DNA from: Burkholderiales bacterium
GTDB taxonomy: Bacteria > Pseudomonadota > Gammaproteobacteria > Burkholderiales > SG8-39
DNA: 64,000 nt
Reading direction: 5' to 3'
Assembly (NCBI GenBank): GCA_014860445.1
Contig: JACZJT010000017.1
Coordinates: 16,596 to 80,595 of the forward strand
The position numbers and the translations under genes are program-made. Under the pieces are notes generated by a model. The model did not search any database. It worked only from the letters and a program-made list of their open reading frames with translations, and was not told where the DNA came from. Every line of letters starts with the position of its first letter. The first letter of the stretch is position 1. Shown one piece after another: positions 58,356-64,000 of this stretch.

Positions 58356-60263
58356 TTATCCGGCGCTGGGATCCAGCCCCAGAATTTCGAGCACCTCGAT
58401 TGCCTCGTCCTTGCCCTTGACCTTGATCGTTTCCACCTTGCCCGTGACGACCCCTTCCCCCGCCGCATCCACGCAGGCCTTGCTTGCGACGAGCACGCAC
58501 TTCATTTCCTTGGTCACCCCTTCCAGCCTGGAGGCGGCGTTGACGGTATCGCCGATCGCCGTAAATTCGGTGCGCTTGACCGAGCCGATGTCGCCGATCA
58601 CGGCTTCGCCGCTGTGCACGCCGATGCCGATGCCGAATTCGGGCAGGCCGCGATCGGGAAAACGCTCGCGCATCCACTGCTTGAAATCCTCGGCCTCGCG
58701 CGCCATCTGCAAAGCGGCCCGGATCGCGCGCCGCGCATGGTCCGGGTAGCGTACCGGCGAGCCGAAAATCGCCATCACGGCATCACCGATGAACTTGTTG
58801 ACCATGCCACCCTCGACCAGAATGGGCTCGGTCGTGCGGCTGAAATAGGCGTTGAGCATTTCCACGACTTCGCGCGCGTCTAGCTTCTCCGAAATGGTGG
58901 TGAAATTGCGAATGTCCGAAAACAATACCGTCACCTGCACGGATTCCCCGGCCAGATCCGGGCGTTCACCCTCGGTCAGCACCTTGACCACATCGTCCGA
59001 CACATAGCGGCCGAACATTTTCTTCAGGCGCGCGCGCTCGCGCTCCTCGCCGGTGAGCCGCAGTCCCAGCGTGGTCAGAAAGCCGATGGCCAGTGCCACC
59101 TGCATTCTGCCCGCAGGCACGATCCAGTCGTCCAGAAACATGAACCATGCAGGCGCAAGGCACAGCAGGCTCAGCGCCACCGCCACGAACAGGCCGCCGA
59201 CCGGGTGCAGGCGCAGGTAAAGCGCTGCAGCAACCGCGATCAGCGCCAGCACATAGAGCCACTCCGCCGTGAGCGGAATGCGCCGCGGATACTTTCCGGT
59301 GAGTATCGTCTCGACGATGTTCGCGTGGATTTCCCCGCCTATCATCTGGTCGCTCTGTTTGCCGAACGCCGCCCGGGAATAGGGGCTGGGATGGCGGTCC
59401 TGGGTGCCGCGATCGTTGGCGGCGATAATCACGACACGCCCGTTCAGTTTCTGCACCTCGGGATCGGCCAGGGCATCAGGCCCCAGCAGTTTGCTCATCG
59501 ACACCGTCAAAACGGTCCCGGGCGGGCCGGCATAGCCGATCAACCGCGGCCGTGCATCGCGCAACAGTTTCTCTCCTGCGATGTCCCATTCCTTCAGACT
59601 CGCGTCGAGCCCGGCCGCGCGCAGCGCGAGCTGCATCCCGAATCCCATGGCCGGTTTTTCCGGATCGGGATCGAACACCGGTAAATAGCGCCGCACCGAA
59701 TTGTCATCGTCGGGGTTCAGGTTGGCGATGCCGAGGTCGTTGATGCCCTGCGGCAGCAGGTACAAGTGGTCGCGCGGCGGCAGCAGCAGCCGCCCCTCTC
59801 CGTTCGACAGCTCGACCAGTTGCGTAATGAGTATTTTGTTGCCCGCGGCAAGCTGCGCGCGAAACGGTGAATCGTAGCTGCGGCTGCTTTCGTTTCCGGG
59901 AAGGTTCAGTTTTTTCAGCCAGTCCTCGGCGCTTACCTGGTAAAGATAGTCCAGGCCGATGACCTTGACCCCGGCACGCGTAAGCGTTTCCATCGCGCGC
60001 GCAAAGTGCGGTTGCCAGAATGCGAGCGGGTCATCCTTGTATTGGTCCAGTGTCTGCTCGTCCACGGCGACGACCGCGGTGTGGAGGGCATCGCGGCGCT
60101 TGCCGGCAAACTGGTGCCAGTAGTCGTAGTAGACGTTTTCCAGCGGGTCCAGCCATCCCAGACGCGACATCGCCTCGCTGCAGCCGAAGGCGACCGCCAG
60201 CACGAGGACAAAGCGCCAGGTGCTGCGCAGGCGGAACGACAGACTGGGCTTGTTCGCGTTCAT
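58356..60263 (-). CDS. CHASE2 sensor domain / class III adenylate cyclase
   Basis: ORF trimmed to MNANKPSLSFRLRSTWRFVLVLAVAF. The layout is one TM, an extracytoplasmic region of about 300 aa with the CHASE2 pattern, three TM, then the cyclase domain (VTVLFSDIRNFT, NKFIGDAVMAIFG, GIGVHSGEAVIGDIG, TAIGDTVNAASRLE). Confidence 0.88.
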   Translation of the reverse strand: MNANKPSLSFRLRSTWRFVLVLAVAFGCSEAMSRLGWLDPLENVYYDYWHQFAGKRRDALHTAVVAVDEQTLDQYKDDPLAFWQPHFARAMETLTRAGVKVIGLDYLYQVSAEDWLKKLNLPGNESSRSYDSPFRAQLAAGNKILITQLVELSNGEGRLLLPPRDHLYLLPQGINDLGIANLNPDDDNSVRRYLPVFDPDPEKPAMGFGMQLALRAAGLDASLKEWDIAGEKLLRDARPRLIGYAGPPGTVLTVSMSKLLGPDALADPEVQKLNGRVVIIAANDRGTQDRHPSPYSRAAFGKQSDQMIGGEIHANIVETILTGKYPRRIPLTAEWLYVLALIAVAAALYLRLHPVGGLFVAVALSLLCLAPAWFMFLDDWIVPAGRMQVALAIGFLTTLGLRLTGEERERARLKKMFGRYVSDDVVKVLTEGERPDLAGESVQVTVLFSDIRNFTTISEKLDAREVVEMLNAYFSRTTEPILVEGGMVNKFIGDAVMAIFGSPVRYPDHARRAIRAALQMAREAEDFKQWMRERFPDRGLPEFGIGIGVHSGEAVIGDIGSVKRTEFTAIGDTVNAASRLEGVTKEMKCVLVASKACVDAAGEGVVTGKVETIKVKGKDEAIEVLEILGLDPSAG

Positions 60264-60338
60264 CTGATATCGAAGGGAACCTCCCCTCACCCCCATATAT
60301 TGGCCCGCTGCATATTCGTTGCGCAGCGGGCCGTTGGA

Positions 60339-63300
60339 TCAATCCCCGACGTAGACGAATGCAGCCCAAAAGAACGGGTTGCTGCGTGAAAACTGATACT
60401 GTCCGCTCGCGTAAGTGCCGTCACGCAACTCGCGCTGCGCATCGCTGACGGCCTTGAGCGCCGTATCGCCCTTCTTGATGTTGCGGAAGGTCGAAGTCAT
60501 CAAGGCCTCGGTCGACAGGCTGTCCACGCTCCAGTGCGAAACCAGCAGGCTCTTTGCGCCCGCGAACATGAACGCGCGCGTCAGCCCGGCAAAACCCTCG
60601 CCGTTGTTCGCCTGCGCAGTGTCTCCCGCGGTATTGCACGCGGACAACGCCACCAGGTCGGCGTTCAGTTCCAAATCCTCGATCACCTCTTTCATGGTGA
60701 GCATGCCGTCCTCACCGTCCAGGTTGCCGACCAGGGTAAGTGCGAGCGCGGGCTGGGAGCGTAACTTCGCGCGCGGCGCGCTGCCGGCGCGACCGGCGGC
60801 CGGATCGAGGCCGATCAGGAATTCCCCGCCGAGAAACCCGTGGGTGGCGAACAGAACATAGATGCTGTCCCTGAGTTTGCCCGACTTCGCCATTTTCTCC
60901 TGCGCCGCGTCGCCGATGTAAAGATGGTTCCCGCCGCCCAGGATGGCGGCGATGCTGCGCGCTTCGTCCGCGGTTTCTTTCAGGCGCGGAATGTCCGGCG
61001 CGCCCTGGCGATCGACGCGGTAATTGCCGGCGAGCAGATCCAGCGCCACGCGCGTGGCCGGCGAATAGCTTTGCCCGGGCGGCGGTGCGAATACCGGATC
61101 GGCGAACGCGGTGAATTCCTGGCGCAGCCCCGTTACCGTCTTGGGATACAGGCGCTGCGACGCCAGCGCCGACAGGCTGGGCAGGTAGGCAAAGCGATGG
61201 TCCTTGCCCAGATAGGCGAGTGTGCCGTATTCACCGAGGAAAGGCCGCGCAGCGCTGCCATCGCTTGCCGCGCGCACGGATTCAAACACCTGCTGCTCGG
61301 CCTGGCCGTAACGCGTGACCAACAGTTCCAGCGGCACGGTGAGCAGCGGTCCGTCGGCCACGACAATGACTTTCTGCTTTCCGCCAAGTTCGGCAGCCAG
61401 CGGCTCGACCAGATCCCGGTAAAGCGAATTCAGATTGTCGGGCTCGATGTCGCGCAAAAACAGCACCGATTCGCCCACTGCCACTTTTTCGATCGCGTGG
61501 CGGATCGCGCGCACCCGCAGGCCCACGTCCTCGCGCTTGATGGCGACATTGACCATCCGGAAGTGATCGCGCGTCACCGCGAATATGGCCAGTTCCTGCG
61601 GCAGCAGCACATAGGAGAGCAGCACCTCGTCGGCACGCAGCAGCTTCTGCTGCAGATTCTGCACAGTCACCGGACGCGGATTGGTCAGTTCCATGAACCT
61701 CGGATAGTCGCGCCATAGCGCGTCTTCGAGCGCCGCCAGTTCCGCGTTCGCAGCCGCGAGCTGGGCGGCGAGATCGCTGCGGCGCGCCTCCAGACCGGTT
61801 TGCTTCAGCGGCAAGGTGGCGACGGACAGACGCAGGTGTTCTATTTGCTCCTGCAGCGTTTCCCGTTTGCGCTTCACGCGCAGAAACGCCGGATCACTGG
61901 AGAATTTCGCAACGTCCGCCTGGCGCATCATTTCGGTAAATGTCCGGCTCTGGTTGCGTGAAGCGATTTCCAGCACCTCGCGGTCATAGCCGGCCTGGGG
62001 CGCGCTCCGATGCAAATGCAGCAGCACCTTGATCGTTTCGAGGTAAATATTGCCGTACTGCCCGAGAAAAGCGGCGCGCGTTTCCTCGGACAGTCCGCGG
62101 GTGCGCACGTAAAGATAGTCGAGCGTGTCCACCGCCTCCTTGTAGAACGGCAGGGCCTCGCGATAGCGACCGCGCTTGGCGAGCGCGTAACCCAGCCGGC
62201 TGCTGTTGAGCAGCAGGATGCGCGGGTTGCCCGCCTGGCGCGCGATTTCCACCGCCCTGCGGTACAGGGCTTCGGACTCGGTCAGTTTGCCCTGCCGGTC
62301 GAGCATCACCGCCAGCGTGGTCAGCATGGCAGCCGTATCCGGGTGCAGGGGACCCAGGCTCTTTTCCAGGATGGCGAGCGCGCGCCGCTGCAGCGGCTCG
62401 GCCTCCTCCGGCCGGCCGCGGCGGTCGAGGTAGGTGCTGAGGTTGTTGAGGGTGTTCGCCGTGGCCGGATGCTCCGGCCCGAGGGTGTGCTCCTGGATCG
62501 CCAGCGCCTTGCGGAACAGGCGTTCGGTTTCCGTGTAGGCCTGCAGGTTGGACTGCGCCTGCGCGCGCGCCTCGCTGGGCGCGAGCAGTTCGTCTTTGGC
62601 CTGCTGCTGCAGCACGTTGGCGAGATTGTTCATGCTGGTCGCGGTGTCCGGATGCTCGGGTCCCAGCACCTTCTCGCGTACCGCGAGCGCACGCCGGTGC
62701 ACGGCCTCGGCTTCCTTGAATTTGCCCTGCAGATAAAGCACGTTGCCAAGGTTGGACAGACTGGTCGCGGTGGTCGGGCTATCCGGGCCCAGTGTTTTCT
62801 CGTGTATCGCGACCACCCGATAATGCAGGGTCTCGGCTTCACGATACTGACCGCGCTCGATCAGTTCCTGTGCGCGCACGCTCAACTGCTTGGCGTCTTC
62901 GCCGGGAACCGGCGTCGCGCCCGAGGTGGTTTCGCCGAACTTGCCCTGCAGATCGAGCACCCGCCCGAGGTTGGACAGGGTGGTGGCGGTGTCCTGATGC
63001 GCCCGCCCCAGCGTTTTTTCGAGTATGCGCAGCGAGCGGCGCAACAGCGATTCCGCACTCGGATAGTCCCCCAGTTTTTCCAGCACCAGCGCGAGATTGT
63101 TCAGCGCCGCCGCCGTGCTCACATGGTCCGGCCCCAGCCGCTGTTCATAAATATTCAGCGCAGCACTGAAATTCTTCTGCGCTTCCGCGTACTTGCCCTG
63201 ACGCAGCTGGGCATCGGCAATCACGTTGAGGCTGGTCGCGGTGTCCGGATGGCTGTCGCCGAATATTTTTTTCGCCTCATCGACCAGCAGGCGCGCGGAT

Positions 63301-63524
63301 TCTTCGCCGCGCGCGTACTCGCCCTTGGCGATCAGGGCTTCGGACTGATCCATGAGTTCCTGCCAGTGCCGGTCGTCGACGCGCGCGGCCTGCTGTGCAG
63401 CACGCGGCGCCTTCGCGCGTTTTTTCTGCTGCGTCTGGCCGTACGCCGACAGGTCGGCGCACAGCGCGAGCACGGCGGCAAGCACGGTCAGCAACAATCG
63501 GGCGGCAGGCGTACGCAGCTTCAT
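60339..63524 (-). CDS. signal-peptide TPR-repeat protein with C-terminal CHAT (caspase-like) protease domain
   Basis: ORF trimmed to MKLRTPAARLLLTVLAAVLALCADLSAYG. There are at least 8 TPR units with the recurrent LGP(E/D)HPDTA(T)SLNNLA motif. The C-terminal CHAT domain has an intact His (FATHGF) and Cys (LSACNTA). Confidence 0.88.
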   Translation of the reverse strand: MKLRTPAARLLLTVLAAVLALCADLSAYGQTQQKKRAKAPRAAQQAARVDDRHWQELMDQSEALIAKGEYARGEESARLLVDEAKKIFGDSHPDTATSLNVIADAQLRQGKYAEAQKNFSAALNIYEQRLGPDHVSTAAALNNLALVLEKLGDYPSAESLLRRSLRILEKTLGRAHQDTATTLSNLGRVLDLQGKFGETTSGATPVPGEDAKQLSVRAQELIERGQYREAETLHYRVVAIHEKTLGPDSPTTATSLSNLGNVLYLQGKFKEAEAVHRRALAVREKVLGPEHPDTATSMNNLANVLQQQAKDELLAPSEARAQAQSNLQAYTETERLFRKALAIQEHTLGPEHPATANTLNNLSTYLDRRGRPEEAEPLQRRALAILEKSLGPLHPDTAAMLTTLAVMLDRQGKLTESEALYRRAVEIARQAGNPRILLLNSSRLGYALAKRGRYREALPFYKEAVDTLDYLYVRTRGLSEETRAAFLGQYGNIYLETIKVLLHLHRSAPQAGYDREVLEIASRNQSRTFTEMMRQADVAKFSSDPAFLRVKRKRETLQEQIEHLRLSVATLPLKQTGLEARRSDLAAQLAAANAELAALEDALWRDYPRFMELTNPRPVTVQNLQQKLLRADEVLLSYVLLPQELAIFAVTRDHFRMVNVAIKREDVGLRVRAIRHAIEKVAVGESVLFLRDIEPDNLNSLYRDLVEPLAAELGGKQKVIVVADGPLLTVPLELLVTRYGQAEQQVFESVRAASDGSAARPFLGEYGTLAYLGKDHRFAYLPSLSALASQRLYPKTVTGLRQEFTAFADPVFAPPPGQSYSPATRVALDLLAGNYRVDRQGAPDIPRLKETADEARSIAAILGGGNHLYIGDAAQEKMAKSGKLRDSIYVLFATHGFLGGEFLIGLDPAAGRAGSAPRAKLRSQPALALTLVGNLDGEDGMLTMKEVIEDLELNADLVALSACNTAGDTAQANNGEGFAGLTRAFMFAGAKSLLVSHWSVDSLSTEALMTSTFRNIKKGDTALKAVSDAQRELRDGTYASGQYQFSRSNPFFWAAFVYVGD

Positions 63525-63665
63525 CGACCCCCACAGACGGGCTTGGAAGTGATCGATTATAGAGAACTGCGGCGCGCCGCGGGCCGTCATTCGGCGCAGG
63601 CGCCGCTTACATGCCGAACGCGAATGTGTCCGCGGAAATGCCCCGGGGCCGGGCCGCCCCGTCTG

Positions 63666-64000
63666 CTAATGCCCGCGCGCGATCAGGATGCTGCAGGGCG
63701 CATAGTCGAGCAGGGATGCGCCGACCGAACCCTTCCACCAACGCGCTGCAAATGAAAGCTTCTGACGGTGTCCGAGCACGATCAGGTCCGCCCCCAGGTC
63801 GGTGGCGACGCGGCAGATTTCTTCGACCGGTTCACCCACCGTCAGGTGGCCGATCGTGTTGAAACCCTGGTCCTTGAGCAATTGAATCCCCTCGTCGAGG
63901 ATTTCCTGAGTACGCTTTTTTTCCTCTTCCAGCAGTTCCTCGGGCAAAAAGCCCTCCGTCAGGAACAGGCTCGGCGGCATCCCCGCCACCGCCAGCAGAT
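63666..64000 (-). CDS. universal stress protein family, C-terminal part (gene runs off the window end)
   Basis: ...VEEICRVATDLGADLIVLGHRQKLSFAARWWKGSVGASLLDYAPCSILIARGH is the USP C-terminal ATP-binding pattern (G-2x-G-9x-GS). The frame stays open to position 64000. Confidence 0.75.
   Translation of the reverse strand, partial: LLAVAGMPPSLFLTEGFLPEELLEEEKKRTQEILDEGIQLLKDQGFNTIGHLTVGEPVEEICRVATDLGADLIVLGHRQKLSFAARWWKGSVGASLLDYAPCSILIARGH

Noticed and set aside
62010-63755. 581-aa plus-strand ORF opposite the TPR-CHAT gene (similar cases: 24166..25680, 27863..29296, 46551..47927, 30676..31965, 51632..52906)
   Set aside because: These are antisense shadow ORFs of well-supported genes, with low-complexity Arg-rich translations.

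Overview
GC-rich bacterial chromosomal segment. Gene content and order look betaproteobacterial: hisC-pheA-serA-serC-gyrA on the minus strand, then an OmpA-family gene, ubiG, gph and tmRNA. I can support about 57 protein-coding genes, one tmRNA, a tandem glycine riboswitch in front of gcvT-gcvH-gcvP, several intrinsic terminators and a few promoter candidates. I saw no rRNA, tRNA, CRISPR array, transposase, integrase or prophage genes. Most of the window is housekeeping or catabolic: two acyl-CoA clusters, glycine cleavage, a TctC/A/B transporter, EF-P with EarP, and a two-component system next to a DegP-type protease. Five parts seem most worth follow-up. (1) A minus-strand operon (63524 to 57579) encodes a signal-peptide TPR-CHAT caspase-like protease, a CHASE2-class III adenylate cyclase and a FecR-like secreted protein. 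(2) A DUF971 / B12-type radical SAM (C-terminal CCAEP tail) / ATP-grasp operon (43275 to 40137) has no evident substrate or pathway. (3) A divergently placed, low-GC methyltransferase with a degenerate SAM motif I looks RquA-like (rhodoquinone). (4) Decayed att-like copies of the tmRNA 3' end are followed by an orphan membrane-protein gene and a frameshifted mreB C-terminal fragment. (5) An orphan molybdopterin (XDH-family) subunit is co-transcribed with a benzoylformate-decarboxylase-like ThDP enzyme and an acyl-CoA dehydrogenase, opposite a BadI/MenB-like gene. All family assignments come from reading motifs in the translations by eye. No database search or computation was run.
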